Part shown: piece after piece, positions 1-9,128 of the stretch
Layout: every line of letters starts with the position of its first letter
Position numbering within the stretch: position 1 is the first letter of the stretch
From: Fibrobacteria bacterium
GTDB taxonomy: Bacteria > Fibrobacterota > Fibrobacteria > UBA11236
Assembly (NCBI GenBank): GCA_017881725.1
Contig: JADGQO010000038.1
Location: forward strand, 8,687 to 72,686
Direction: 5' to 3'
Length of the DNA: 64,000 nt
Program-made: the position numbers and the translations under genes
The notes under the pieces: generated by a model
The model's input: the letters and a program-made list of their open reading frames with translations, nothing else
Told to the model about the DNA's origin: nothing
Databases searched by the model: none

Positions 1-952
1 GCGCATCTTATCGCGGAACCCCGACGCGTCCGGACCCTTGCCTTCGGGGCCGATCCATGGTAACTCAGAAGTTACCCAACGGGATAACCAACGAACTTCC
101 CGACCACCGCGAGCCTTTCTTTGGAATTCTCCCGGACCCGTTCCCCCTGTGGCACTCGACGGCGTCCAGGCCGTGATCCATCTGGCCGGAGAGCCCATCG
201 GAGCCTGGCCCTGGACTTCCGCGCGCATGCGCGCCATCGCCGACTCACGCATCCTCGGCACCCGGGCTTTGGTCGATTCCATCGCGGCTTTGAAAAGCCG
301 TCCGGCCACCTTGATTTCCGGATCGGCGGTCGGATTCTATGGCGATGGCGGTGACAAGGATTGTCGCGAGGGCGATGTAGCCGGGCGGGGATTTTTGGCC
401 GAGGTTGTCGCGGGTTGGGAGCGGGAAGCGTTTCGCGCTGTAACCTTGGGGTTACGGGTAACTGCGTTGCGGACCGGAATCGTATTGGATGCCGGCGGGG
501 GCGCTTTGGCAAAAATGGCCCCGGCCTTCCGGGTAGGCGGCGGAGCCGTGCTCGGTTCGGGACGGCAATGGTGGAGTTGGATTCATCTCCGCGACGCGGT
601 GAGCGCATTGGTTTTCGCGTTGGAAAACGACGGCGTGGCCGGCCCTGTGAACCTGACCGCTCCGGAACCGGTGACGCAAAAGGAATTTGCGGTGGAACTG
701 GCTAAGGCTTTGCGCCGATGCCGAAGGGGACGATCCAGGGGAGGCCCGAAGCTGGAACGAGCGGGGTCTTCACCGTGGCTATGGCCCGTGCCGGCCTCGG
801 CCTTACGTCTGGGCCTAGGAAAAATGTCGGACACTCTATTGATGGGTCAAAGGGCGATGCCGCAAAAATTGCACGCCGAGGGCTACCGTTTTGAATTTCC
901 CACCTTGTCCGCCGCGTTGGAAAATATTTATTCCGGTAAACGGCCACGCTAA
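1..952 (+). CDS. YfcH/SDR39U1-family NAD-dependent epimerase (TIGR01777, C-terminal DUF1731), 5'-partial (N-terminus lies upstream of the window)
   Basis: The frame is open from position 2. The translation aligns along its whole length to E. coli YfcH (SRNPDAS..VIHLAGEPI..ISGSAVGFYGD..RTGIVL..GSGRQWWSWIH..LMGQRAMP). The Rossmann N-terminus is missing because of the window edge. Stop at 950-952. Confidence 0.8.
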   Translation, partial: RILSRNPDASGPLPSGPIHGNSEVTQRDNQRTSRPPRAFLWNSPGPVPPVALDGVQAVIHLAGEPIGAWPWTSARMRAIADSRILGTRALVDSIAALKSRPATLISGSAVGFYGDGGDKDCREGDVAGRGFLAEVVAGWEREAFRAVTLGLRVTALRTGIVLDAGGGALAKMAPAFRVGGGAVLGSGRQWWSWIHLRDAVSALVFALENDGVAGPVNLTAPEPVTQKEFAVELAKALRRCRRGRSRGGPKLERAGSSPWLWPVPASALRLGLGKMSDTLLMGQRAMPQKLHAEGYRFEFPTLSAALENIYSGKRPR

Positions 953-1006
953 TACACCAAGTTTGAAAAGAAATGGAAAAAACTCCATCCAGCCGCTAAG
1001 ATAGCC

Positions 1007-3148
1007 ATGGCGAAGTCGCGGCCTTCGGGGAAGCTCCAGGCCGTTTGCGCGCTTTGCCGGAGAAGGACGGAAATGCGGCCCAGTCCCAGCGTGCTCATCG
1101 TTAAGCGGCTCATCGACATCGCGGTGGGCTTCATCGGATCCTTGGTGTTCCTGTTTTTTTATCCCATCCTGGCTTTCCTGATCAAATGGGAAAGCCCCGG
1201 CCCCGTCCTGTACAGCCAGGAGCGCATCGGCATCAACAAGCGCATGCGCCGATTCCGGCTGACGGAAAACGGGGAAGCGGTGAAGACGCAATGGGACGAC
1301 GGATCGGATTTTCCCGGACGTAAGGCTGACGTGGGCGGGCGGCCGTTCCTGATCTATAAGTTCCGCAGCATGCGCGCCGACGCGGAAAAGAACGGTCCGC
1401 AATTGGCCGCCAAGGGCGTGGACCCGCGCGTCACGCGGGTGGGATGGTGGCTGCGCGCTTTGCATCTCGACGAGCTGCCCCAGTTTTTGAGCGTCCTGCG
1501 CGGCGACATGAGCTTCGTCGGGCCGAGGCCGGAGCGGGCGCATTTCACGGTGCAATTCGGTGATACCATACCTCATTACCGTCAACGCACGTTGTTCGTG
1601 AAGCCTGGGTTGACGGGCCTGGCGCAAATCACTTTGGGTTACGACGACGGGCTCGACAGCGTGGTCCGCAAGTCCTATTTCGATTATTCCTACCGCGCCT
1701 CCTTCGCGCATTTTTCCTCGTGGTGGAAAATGGAATGGTGGATCCTGTTGAACACGGTGCAATACCTGGCCATCAAGCCCCGCCGAGATGGCGATACGCG
1801 CGACCTGGCCAGCCTCAAGCGCGTCAAGCTCCTCGATATGCTGGCGAAGTCGCCGCAAAAGCACGCCAAACACAAGGTGACCGCTTGGGTCAAATTGGAC
1901 ACGGACGATCGCTCGCTGGTGATCGAAGGCCGCGAACCGGCGGACATCATGGGTCGCTTGAACCGATTGTCGGCCCGGGGACTGAAAACCCTGGAAGTGT
2001 GCTATACGCCGCCGCAGGATTTCGATTTGGAGGAGATGGGCTTCCTCGTGGATTTGTCGACGCGCGTCAAGCAGGCCGGCGGGCGCATGGCCGTGCGCGA
2101 TCCCAGCGCGCGCGTGCGCCGCATGCTCCAGGAAATCCACATGGACAAAGTGGTGGAATTGTCGCGGCCGCAGGGGCGCGTCAAGAATTTCCTGACCGTC
2201 GACGTGGAGTGCTGGTTCCACGCTTACAACCTCAAGGAAAAGATTACGCCCGCCATGTGGCATCTGCAAGAGACGCGCATCGTGAACAACATCGCCAAGA
2301 TCCTGGATTTGTTCCGTTCCCAGGATGCCAAGGCCACGTTCTTCGTCCTGGGCTGGGTGGCGGATAAATTTCCGGAAGTCGTGACCATGATTGCGTCGGA
2401 AGGGCACGAGATCGGCACTCACGGGTATTATCACAACCTCATCACCGACATGACTCCCGCGAGCTTCGAGGAGGATCTCCTGAAATCCATGGAGGCCATA
2501 TCCCGGCGCTGCTCCACGCCCGTGCGCGGCCACCGCGCCTCGAATTTCACCGTGGTTCCGTCCACCTACTGGTCGCTGGAAATCCTGGCGAAGCACGGCC
2601 TGACCTACGACTCCAGTATTTTCCCCATCAAGCGCGATCGTTACGGCATCCCGAATTATCCCAACCGGCTGCCGCATACCTTGCATTTGAAGAGCGGGGC
2701 CAAACTGATGGAATTCCCCATGTCCACTTTGGGCGTAGGCAATAAGTTTTTGCCCATGAGCGGCGGCGGATACCTGCGCCTTTTCCCGCATGTGGTGACG
2801 GAATCCTTCATCGAGGCGCGTAACGCCAAGGGCCAGCCCGCCATGGTGTACTTCCACCCCTGGGAATTGGACCGGGACATGCGGCGCGTGAGCGTGGGGC
2901 TGGTCAAGTCGTTCCAGCATTACGTGAACATCCACAGCACGGAATGGAAGCTTAACCGCCTGCTGCAGAAGTTCGCCTTCGGATCCATCCAGGAAACGGC
3001 CGACTCGCGGCGCGTGCAGGTGATGTTGCGGCGCAACCCCGTTTACATTCCCAGCCATTTGAGTCCGGGATGGAACAAGGAAACGCGTACCGGCGGCTTG
3101 GAGGGATCCACCAACGGAACCGTCGCGGAACGATCCACGGCCGCTTAA
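1007..3148 (+). CDS. Tri-domain fusion: polyprenyl-phosphate sugar phosphotransferase (Bac_transf, PglC/WbaP C-terminal type), central STAS-like domain, and C-terminal polysaccharide deacetylase of the PEP-CTERM-locus type (DUF3473/TIGR03006-like)
   Basis: N-terminus has the Bac_transf hallmarks: KRLIDIAVGFIGSLVFL, PGPVLYSQERIG, YKFRSMRADAE, LDELPQFLSVLRGDMSFVGPRPE. Middle, roughly residues 290-385: LKTLEVCYTPPQDFDLEEMGFLVDLSTRVKQAGGRMAVRDPSARVRRMLQEIHMDKVV reads as a STAS fold. C-terminus has TVDVECWFHAYN, FFVLGWVADKFPE, GHEIGTHGYYH, i.e. deacetylase/DUF3473. It is a single uninterrupted ORF with high GC3. An alternative start is the ATG at 1073. Confidence 0.75.
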   Translation: MAKSRPSGKLQAVCALCRRRTEMRPSPSVLIVKRLIDIAVGFIGSLVFLFFYPILAFLIKWESPGPVLYSQERIGINKRMRRFRLTENGEAVKTQWDDGSDFPGRKADVGGRPFLIYKFRSMRADAEKNGPQLAAKGVDPRVTRVGWWLRALHLDELPQFLSVLRGDMSFVGPRPERAHFTVQFGDTIPHYRQRTLFVKPGLTGLAQITLGYDDGLDSVVRKSYFDYSYRASFAHFSSWWKMEWWILLNTVQYLAIKPRRDGDTRDLASLKRVKLLDMLAKSPQKHAKHKVTAWVKLDTDDRSLVIEGREPADIMGRLNRLSARGLKTLEVCYTPPQDFDLEEMGFLVDLSTRVKQAGGRMAVRDPSARVRRMLQEIHMDKVVELSRPQGRVKNFLTVDVECWFHAYNLKEKITPAMWHLQETRIVNNIAKILDLFRSQDAKATFFVLGWVADKFPEVVTMIASEGHEIGTHGYYHNLITDMTPASFEEDLLKSMEAISRRCSTPVRGHRASNFTVVPSTYWSLEILAKHGLTYDSSIFPIKRDRYGIPNYPNRLPHTLHLKSGAKLMEFPMSTLGVGNKFLPMSGGGYLRLFPHVVTESFIEARNAKGQPAMVYFHPWELDRDMRRVSVGLVKSFQHYVNIHSTEWKLNRLLQKFAFGSIQETADSRRVQVMLRRNPVYIPSHLSPGWNKETRTGGLEGSTNGTVAERSTAA

Positions 3149-3208
3149 CGCAGTTCGCGCGCAAGGCAACCTGGGTAACACAAATGTTACCCTATATTCC
3201 TCGCGAGG

Positions 3209-3613
3209 CTACATTACGTGTTGGCCGCCTTGCCGCCATACGGCGGGAGCGGTGAGCATGGCCTTGATCATGGCCATGAAGCGATAGGGTTCCACCGGCT
3301 GCACCATGAACTTTACGGCCGGAAAACCGCCCCATTGTTCCAAGAATTCCCTTTGCCGGGAATCATCGCCGGAGAACAGAATCAGGGTGGGCGCCTCGGG
3401 CAGCTTGCCTTGCGGCGCGCGGGGCTCGTCGAAGCCGAAATCACCTTCCAAGTGGATTCCCAGCACCAAAAGGTCAGGAGGCCCTTCCGTCAGTAGCATG
3501 GGCAATCCGGCTACGGTCCCGGTTTCGCTCACGCGATGGTTAATGCCTTCCAGAATATACCGCAGCAAGAAGCGGTATTTTTCATCCGGTTCGAGAATCA
3601 GGATATGGGACAT
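3209..3613 (-). CDS. Stand-alone receiver-like (CheY-fold) protein lacking the phospho-acceptor Asp (pseudo-receiver)
   Basis: ILILEPDEKYRFLLRYIL ... PDLLVLGIHLEGDFG ... LILFSGDD ... AVKFMVQP aligns to a REC domain. The conserved Thr/Ser and Lys positions are present, but the D57-equivalent is Gly and the D12/D13 pocket reads E-P-D. It is divergent from moeA. Confidence 0.6.
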   Translation of the reverse strand: MSHILILEPDEKYRFLLRYILEGINHRVSETGTVAGLPMLLTEGPPDLLVLGIHLEGDFGFDEPRAPQGKLPEAPTLILFSGDDSRQREFLEQWGGFPAVKFMVQPVEPYRFMAMIKAMLTAPAVWRQGGQHVM

Positions 3614-3710
3614 GGCCTGCCTTTCGGAAATTTTATTTTAGGGCCATTCCCCGGCTTTGCCAATGACCATCGGCCTTATCCGGGACGCAAGTTCTTAAAT
3701 TACCCCAAGC

Positions 3711-5036
3711 ATGATCAATCCCGACGAATCCACTAATCCCCATCCGGACCCCTTTCCGGATCCCAGTCCGGTCCCGCTTCCCCGCCGCAATCGCCCCTCT
3801 GAAGCCGCGCCGACCGTCATCACCCCCATCGACGTCGGACGGCATTTCATCACGCCTGCGGAAGCCGAGGATTTGATCCGCACCTCCTTCCCAGGTTACA
3901 CGCCGGTTACCTTGCCGCTGGCGGAGTGCCAAGGCCGGATCCTGGCCGAAGACTTGCGCGCCGACCGCGACCAACCGCCTTTTGATCGCATCGCCATGGA
4001 CGGCATCGCCATCGCCACCTCCGATTACCGGTCGGGCTGCCGGATTTTCCGCGTGGAGGGCCTGCAACGCGCGGGCGATCCGCCGGGACGTTTGTCCGGC
4101 CCCAAGGGTTGCCTCGAGGCCATGACCGGAGCGGTATTGACCCAGGGGGCCGACGCCGTGATTCCCGTGGAACAATTGCGCTTTGAAAACGGATACGCCC
4201 ATTTGCTTCCCGACTGTCCGCCGCCATCGCCGTATCGCCATGTGCATCGGGCCGGATCCGACTGTTCCTCCGGTGACGTCATCGTTCCCGCTGGTGTCCG
4301 ACTCCAGGCGCCCCAACTTGGGGCTGCCGCTTCCTTCGGCCAAACCCGGTTGGCGGTACGGAAAATCCCGAGGTTCACAATCATCTCCACCGGGGACGAA
4401 TTGGTGGACACGGATCAAATTCCCCTCCCGCATCAAATCCGGCGTTCCAATCCTGCCGCCATACTCGCCGCTTTGCGCGACGCCGGTTGCACCGAGGTTA
4501 CGCTGCTTTCCGTTCCCGACGATCGCCACCGTATCCTGGAGGTTACCCGGACGGCCTTGTACAATAGCGACGCGTTGATTTTGACGGGAGGCGTTTCCAT
4601 GGGCAAGACGGATTATGTGCCGGAAGTCCTGCGGGAATTGGGCGTCGTGGAGCGGTTCCATAAAATCCGGCAGAAGCCGGGAAAGCCCATGTGGTTCGGG
4701 ATAGGCCCGGATGGCCGGCCGGTTTTCGCCTTGCCGGGAAATCCGGCCGCGGTTCTGGTTTGCCTGTATCGTTATGTGCTGCCCGCGCTGCAAGGCACGG
4801 ACGCTTCCGCGAGCGCGCCGATTCCCGTGCGTTTGCCGGGCCTGGAATGGCCTAGCGGCTCCTTAACGCATTTCCGCCCCGTGCGCCTGCATCGCGAAGC
4901 CGACGGCGCATGGCGCGCCGAGTTTATCAGCAATCAAGGTTCGGGGGATTTTTCGGCCTGGGCGTGCGCGGATGGATTCGTGGAGTTGGATCCGGCCACC
5001 CTTACTCCGGCATACGTCCCGTGCTGGCGGTTTTAA
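3711..5036 (+). CDS. moeA: Molybdopterin molybdenumtransferase MoeA (gephyrin E-domain family) with a Pro-rich N-terminal extension
   Basis: MoeA N, central and C-terminal domain motifs are present (ISTGDELV, LILTGGVSMGKTDYV, PGKPMWFG, LPGNPAAVLVCLYRYVLP). GC3 is high. Confidence 0.85.
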   Translation: MINPDESTNPHPDPFPDPSPVPLPRRNRPSEAAPTVITPIDVGRHFITPAEAEDLIRTSFPGYTPVTLPLAECQGRILAEDLRADRDQPPFDRIAMDGIAIATSDYRSGCRIFRVEGLQRAGDPPGRLSGPKGCLEAMTGAVLTQGADAVIPVEQLRFENGYAHLLPDCPPPSPYRHVHRAGSDCSSGDVIVPAGVRLQAPQLGAAASFGQTRLAVRKIPRFTIISTGDELVDTDQIPLPHQIRRSNPAAILAALRDAGCTEVTLLSVPDDRHRILEVTRTALYNSDALILTGGVSMGKTDYVPEVLRELGVVERFHKIRQKPGKPMWFGIGPDGRPVFALPGNPAAVLVCLYRYVLPALQGTDASASAPIPVRLPGLEWPSGSLTHFRPVRLHREADGAWRAEFISNQGSGDFSAWACADGFVELDPATLTPAYVPCWRF

Positions 5037-5075
5037 TCGCAGCCCGGGCGCCGGTATCCAATGGGATTATTCGGA

Positions 5076-5797
5076 TTATTTCCGGAGGCGACGGAACCCC
5101 ATCAGGCCCGCGATTCCGAGAGCCACGCTGACAAACGTTGACGGTTCGGGTACGGACGAAACTGGAGCATCCCCGAAATCGAGTCGGATGAATCCGGTAG
5201 CGGAAGCGCCGCCGTCCGTGGTTGAAGCGCGGATGGTGGGGTCATAAAAAAAGGTGTACGAACCCACGTCCAACACGCCGGAGTAGGCGCCCGTGGAAAT
5301 GGCGGTCACATTGTATGGAAATCGTTGATTCCGCCTCCACGCAAATCAAATTCTCCGGTCATGGTATAAAATGCCGGGGCCGAAGTTACCTCGATGAAAA
5401 TAAAGCCGTAATTGTCGGCGGCGGAAGATGCGCCAGGAAACGGAGCATACACCGCTCCGGCCCGGGTGTCCGTGAAGTTCGATTGGATGTGGCCGGAGTT
5501 TCCCGATACCGTGAAGTCATAAGCCGTGCTGCCGGAATTGCCGCCGATGGAGGCGCTGGTGGTGAGGTGCAGGGAATCTTTCGGAAGGGTGAAAGTCTGG
5601 GCGCCCGAGAATCCGGATTGGTGGGCTTGCGAGTACAATTTTCCGCCCGTTACTATGACCTCGGCCCGCGCCGATAACGGATTCAAGGACGCCCAAGCAA
5701 GGGCTAAAACTGAAATCGAAAGATTACGAGTTGATGGCATTAAAGACCTCCTACATGGCCGGATGTGCAATAGCCGTGCCGGAGATCCAGGCTTCAT
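5076..5797 (-). pseudogene. PEP-CTERM (exosortase-sorted) secreted protein gene split by a frameshift into two ORFs (5306-5797 and 5076-5309)
   Basis: The upstream ORF carries a signal peptide (MPSTRNLSISVLALAWASLNPLSARA) and stops at 5306. The next ORF starts with GTG at 5309 in another frame and ends with the canonical sorting tail VPEPSTFVSVALGIAGLMGFRRLRK (PEP motif, TM helix, basic cluster). Neither half is a plausible protein on its own. Confidence 0.6.
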
Positions 5798-5954
5798 AAA
5801 TACTATTCCGCCCCTATGAAACCGAACGTTGTAAGTAATTCCGTCGAAGCGCGATTCTCTTTACGCAAAAAACCAACTCCCACGGTCGGCGATTACGGCC
5901 GCCCTCGCGGGACCGAACGACACGGACTGGATCTCCTTATTCAATCGGGTCGAT

Positions 5955-6962
5955 TTGAAGGATTGGGACATGAAGTTCGCGGGTTACCCCTTGAACACCA
6001 ATTTCAAAAACACATTCAAGGTGCAGGACAGCCTGATGATTGTGGACTACAGCGGCTATACGAGCTTCTCCACGGAATACGGACACATGGCCTACAAGGT
6101 CCGGCCGTTCTCCTATTATTTGCTGCGCGCGGAGTATTCGCCAGGCACCAATCAGGTTTCCGGTGGCCAGGGCTGGGCCGTCCAGAACAATGGCTTGATG
6201 TTGCATGCGCAATCCATGGCCAGCATGACCTTGAATCAGGATTATCCCATCAGTTTGGAGGCGCAACTATTGGGTTCGAAAAACAGCGCCAATAGTTTGA
6301 ACCTTTGCACGCCGGGAACGGCATTCTTCAACACGCCAACGGGCGGCTCGGTCAACACCACGCATTGCATCAACGCCAGCAACAGCCCTGCGCCGGCTTC
6401 TGATGCATGGGCTTGGGGCGCCGTTTTGGTAATGAGCGATTCCATCATCCGCCACTACGCCAAGAATAACGCGGTCGGCACGCCGGTATTGACTTATTAC
6501 CGAACCGTCTATTACGCCGGAAACGTCACCAACCCTCCCGCCGGTACGCCCGCCAACGGGACGCCTCTGAAAAGCGGATACATCACCGTGCAAGCGGAAA
6601 GCGCGCCGTATCGGTTCCGACACATCGAACTCGTGAATTTGGAAGGCTGCATGACGGTGGGAAATGCGAATTACAAGAGTTATTTCGTCTACAACGATCC
6701 GGCCGCGTGCAATACCGTCAACGTGGGACAAGCCGCCGGGTTGGAACCGCAATTCACGGTCAGCCCCAGGGTAGCGTCCTTCGCGCCCGCGCGCGAGTCG
6801 CGCCGCATCGAAATTTTTCAAAACGATGGGCGGCTATTGTCGACTTTGGAGGTCCCTTTCGGCGCGCGCGAAATCCGCTTGCCGGAAATGCCACGCGGCG
6901 TTTATTTCGCCAAGCTCGCGGCTGTGCACGGCGCGGTCACGCGGCGGCTGGCCGTTTATTGA
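5955..6962 (+). CDS. DUF1080 (3-keto-disaccharide hydrolase-like) protein with a T9SS C-terminal sorting domain; N-terminus probably disrupted
   Basis: DUF1080 core (GWAVQNNGLMLHAQS, YPISLEAQLLG, YITVQAESAPYRFRHIELVNL). The C-terminus is a Por_Secre_tail-like CTD (RRIEIFQNDGRLLSTLEVPFGAREIRLPEMPRGVYFAKLAAVHGAVTRRLAVY). Domain homology (TDWISLFNRVDLKDWDMKF) continues in frame upstream to the stop at 5832-5834, with no start codon and no signal peptide; the only start is a TTG at 5955 inside the domain. An A6 run sits at 5865-5870. Confidence 0.6.
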   Translation: MKDWDMKFAGYPLNTNFKNTFKVQDSLMIVDYSGYTSFSTEYGHMAYKVRPFSYYLLRAEYSPGTNQVSGGQGWAVQNNGLMLHAQSMASMTLNQDYPISLEAQLLGSKNSANSLNLCTPGTAFFNTPTGGSVNTTHCINASNSPAPASDAWAWGAVLVMSDSIIRHYAKNNAVGTPVLTYYRTVYYAGNVTNPPAGTPANGTPLKSGYITVQAESAPYRFRHIELVNLEGCMTVGNANYKSYFVYNDPAACNTVNVGQAAGLEPQFTVSPRVASFAPARESRRIEIFQNDGRLLSTLEVPFGAREIRLPEMPRGVYFAKLAAVHGAVTRRLAVY

Positions 6963-7007
6963 TTTGGTGGTGGTCCCTCGTTTGGGCCCTTGTCGCCTTC
7001 CAAGCCA

Positions 7008-7045
7008 CGCCTACCGAGACCGCGGAGCCCGCGTCGATCCGCGCA
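7008..7045. repeat. 38-nt dispersed repeat, copy A (acgcctaccgagaccgcggagcccgcgtcgatccgcgc); copy B is at 51862-51899
   Basis: Direct comparison of the two intergenic loci gives 37/38 identical bases in the same orientation. Both copies are followed by ccgtgatt, and a cggaacggg motif lies nearby in each. Confidence 0.7.
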
Positions 7046-7162
7046 AAACCGTGATTATCGCGAACGACGGAACGGGCTCAAGACTTTGATGACGAGGATG
7101 TCGAAATTCTTTTTCATCCGAATTGCGACTTTTCCCTGCAATTAAACTAATGTTCCGGCGGC

Positions 7163-7951
7163 ATGATGATGGACAAAACGACTTACTTACAGCGCAAACA
7201 ACAGGCGGAAGCGGAGCGGGCGGTTTTCAAAAAGGAGACCACCTGTTTGACCTGCCGTTGGATCCGGGAAAATTGCCTTTGCCATTTGATGAAGCCTTTC
7301 GACACGGAAACGCGTTTCGTCATCCTGATGCATCCGATGGAAGCGAAGAAGGAAAAGCTTGGGACGGGACGCATCGTCCACGCCATCGTCCAGAATTCCG
7401 AAATCATCGTCGGCATTGATTTCACGGAGGACAGACGCGTGAACGCCTTGATTCATGATCCGGAAAATTTCTGCATGGCCCTGTATCCCGGCGCAAAATC
7501 CCTGAACATTTCCAGCGATGATGTGACGCCGCTGCGCGACTCCAAAAAATCCGGCCGCCGCCTGGTGCTGTTCCTGTTGGATGGCACCTGGCAATGCGCC
7601 AAAAAAATGATCAAGCAATCGGAGAATATCCGCGGCTTGCCGCGCCTGTCCTTCTCGCCGCAGAGGGAGTCGGTATTCACCATTAAGGAACAACCGGCCG
7701 ACTTTTGTTTGTCCACCTTGGAGTCGATCCATTATTTCCTCGGCGAAGCGGACCGACGTGGATTGGAAAGCTTGCCAGGCCAACCGCAGGACAATCTCAT
7801 GGTGGTGTTCAAGCACATGATCGATTTCATGTTGGCCTGCGCGCTCGACCCCAATCGTTCCACCTATCGCCTCACCAAAACGGGATATTCCAAGAAGGAA
7901 GATCGGACGCGGCGCAAGCAGTCGATGCGGTCGATTGTGTTGTTGGATTGA
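7163..7951 (+). CDS. tapT: DTW-domain protein (tRNA-uridine aminocarboxypropyltransferase, TapT/YfiP family)
   Basis: Cys cluster CLTCRWIRENCLCH followed by LFLLDGTWQCAKKM (the DTW motif). Locally lower GC, but clean codon structure. Confidence 0.7.
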   Translation: MMMDKTTYLQRKQQAEAERAVFKKETTCLTCRWIRENCLCHLMKPFDTETRFVILMHPMEAKKEKLGTGRIVHAIVQNSEIIVGIDFTEDRRVNALIHDPENFCMALYPGAKSLNISSDDVTPLRDSKKSGRRLVLFLLDGTWQCAKKMIKQSENIRGLPRLSFSPQRESVFTIKEQPADFCLSTLESIHYFLGEADRRGLESLPGQPQDNLMVVFKHMIDFMLACALDPNRSTYRLTKTGYSKKEDRTRRKQSMRSIVLLD

Positions 7952-7961
7952 ATCGGAGCGT

Positions 7962-9128
7962 TCACCTTCGTCCCAGCGCGTCCCAGGTTTCGAACCAAGT
8001 GAACCCCGCCCGGAATTCCCCAAAGGTCTGCCGGCGGTTACGCGCATCCTGCGATTGCCCGGGAAGGAAAATCCCATCCAGATTACCGCCTAAAGTCGTA
8101 TAGAGGCCATCGTATGCGGGTTTGTATTGATAGGCCGCGTCGAGAATCAACGCGCCTCCCCAGCCCGGATAGGACGCGGGCACCCAGGACTACGCGTCGG
8201 TGAGGCCCCAAATGATGAAGGTGTTGCAATTGGAGTTCGCGAGGCAAACGGCCAGGGTCCCCTGGTAATCCTCTTTCTGTTTCTGCAAGGCCTCCGGCGT
8301 GGCGGGCAAAGGCACGCGAAAATCCACTTCGGTGAAAGCCACCTTCAGTCCCAGGGCGGCCAGGCGCTTGATGTTCGCGTCCATGTCGTCGAACCTCGGC
8401 AAGGAATCGTAACGGAAATGACATTGCAAACCCACGCCGTCGATGGGAACGCCGCGCTCCTGCAAGCCTTTGACGAGGTTGTAGGTTTTATCCGACTTGA
8501 CGCCCAGGCCTTCGTTCCAGTAGTCGTTATAAAAAAGCTGGACATCCGGATCCGCCTCGCGGGCCCATCGGAAGCACGAGTCGATGTACTCGATTCCCAT
8601 CCTGCGGAACAGGAAGGTGTCGCGGTATAGGCTGTCGGGATTATTGGAAATCGCTTCGTTGACCACGTCCCATTGCGGGATGCGCCCCTTGTAACGGCCG
8701 ACGACGGCGTGGATGTATTCCTTGAGGATGGCGAACATCGTGTCCCGGCTGAACTCCGTGGTAGCCAGGAAGCCCGCTTCCTTGTGCCAAACCAGGGTAT
8801 GGCCCCGCAGCTTCATGCCGTTCGAATCCGCGAAGGCGAGCATCTTTTCGGGGGCGGTCCAATTGTAATCCCCCCGGGTCGATTGGATCTGGCCGAATTT
8901 CATCTGGTACTCCGCCACCAGGGCGTTGAACTCCTGCTTGAGCGTGGGCCGGAAAGGCTTTCCGAAGAGGAAAGGGAGGTTATCGTGACGGATAGTACAA
9001 AAGGAATTAGGACGAGCGAAAACCGTAGGTTGCCGTTTCGCATACTTCACTCGCTGGGCGTGGATTTCGCCATTTTCAGATCCCGCCGCGAATCGTCCAC
9101 GGGATCGAGATGGATATTGATGATCCAC
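7962..9128 (-). pseudogene. GH10 endo-1,4-beta-xylanase interrupted by an in-frame TAG
   Basis: GH10 motifs: WDVVNEA (acid/base Glu), LKVAFTEVDF (nucleophile Glu), HTLVWH. The reading frame runs WGLTDA-TAG-SWVPASYPGWGGALILDAAYQYKPAY, so the stop (plus-strand cta at 8190-8192) falls in the conserved WG.TD.(Y)SW motif, where a one-base change from a tyrosine codon is the simplest explanation. The frame continues to 7962. Start is a GTG at 9128, overlapping the 3' end of the CDF gene; no signal peptide. Confidence 0.65.

Noticed and set aside
836-3181. 781-aa minus-strand ORF antisense to the phosphotransferase-deacetylase gene. Similar long antisense ORFs occur at 3633-4793, 7187-8077, 20114-20905, 20221-21267, 35112-36140, 38199-39032 and 40038-41471.
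   Set aside because: They have Arg/Gly/His-rich low-complexity translations, no domain signatures and low GC3 relative to the sense genes. This is typical shadow-ORF behaviour in high-GC DNA, and in each case the opposite strand carries a protein with clear family motifs.
5816-6295. 159-aa plus-strand ORF starting with ATG just upstream of the DUF1080 gene; considered as its missing N-terminus
   Set aside because: It is in a different frame, and the translation (MKPNVVSNSVEARFSLRKK...) is neither a signal peptide nor DUF1080-like. The homologous N-terminal residues are in the frame of the 5955-6962 ORF but lack a start codon.
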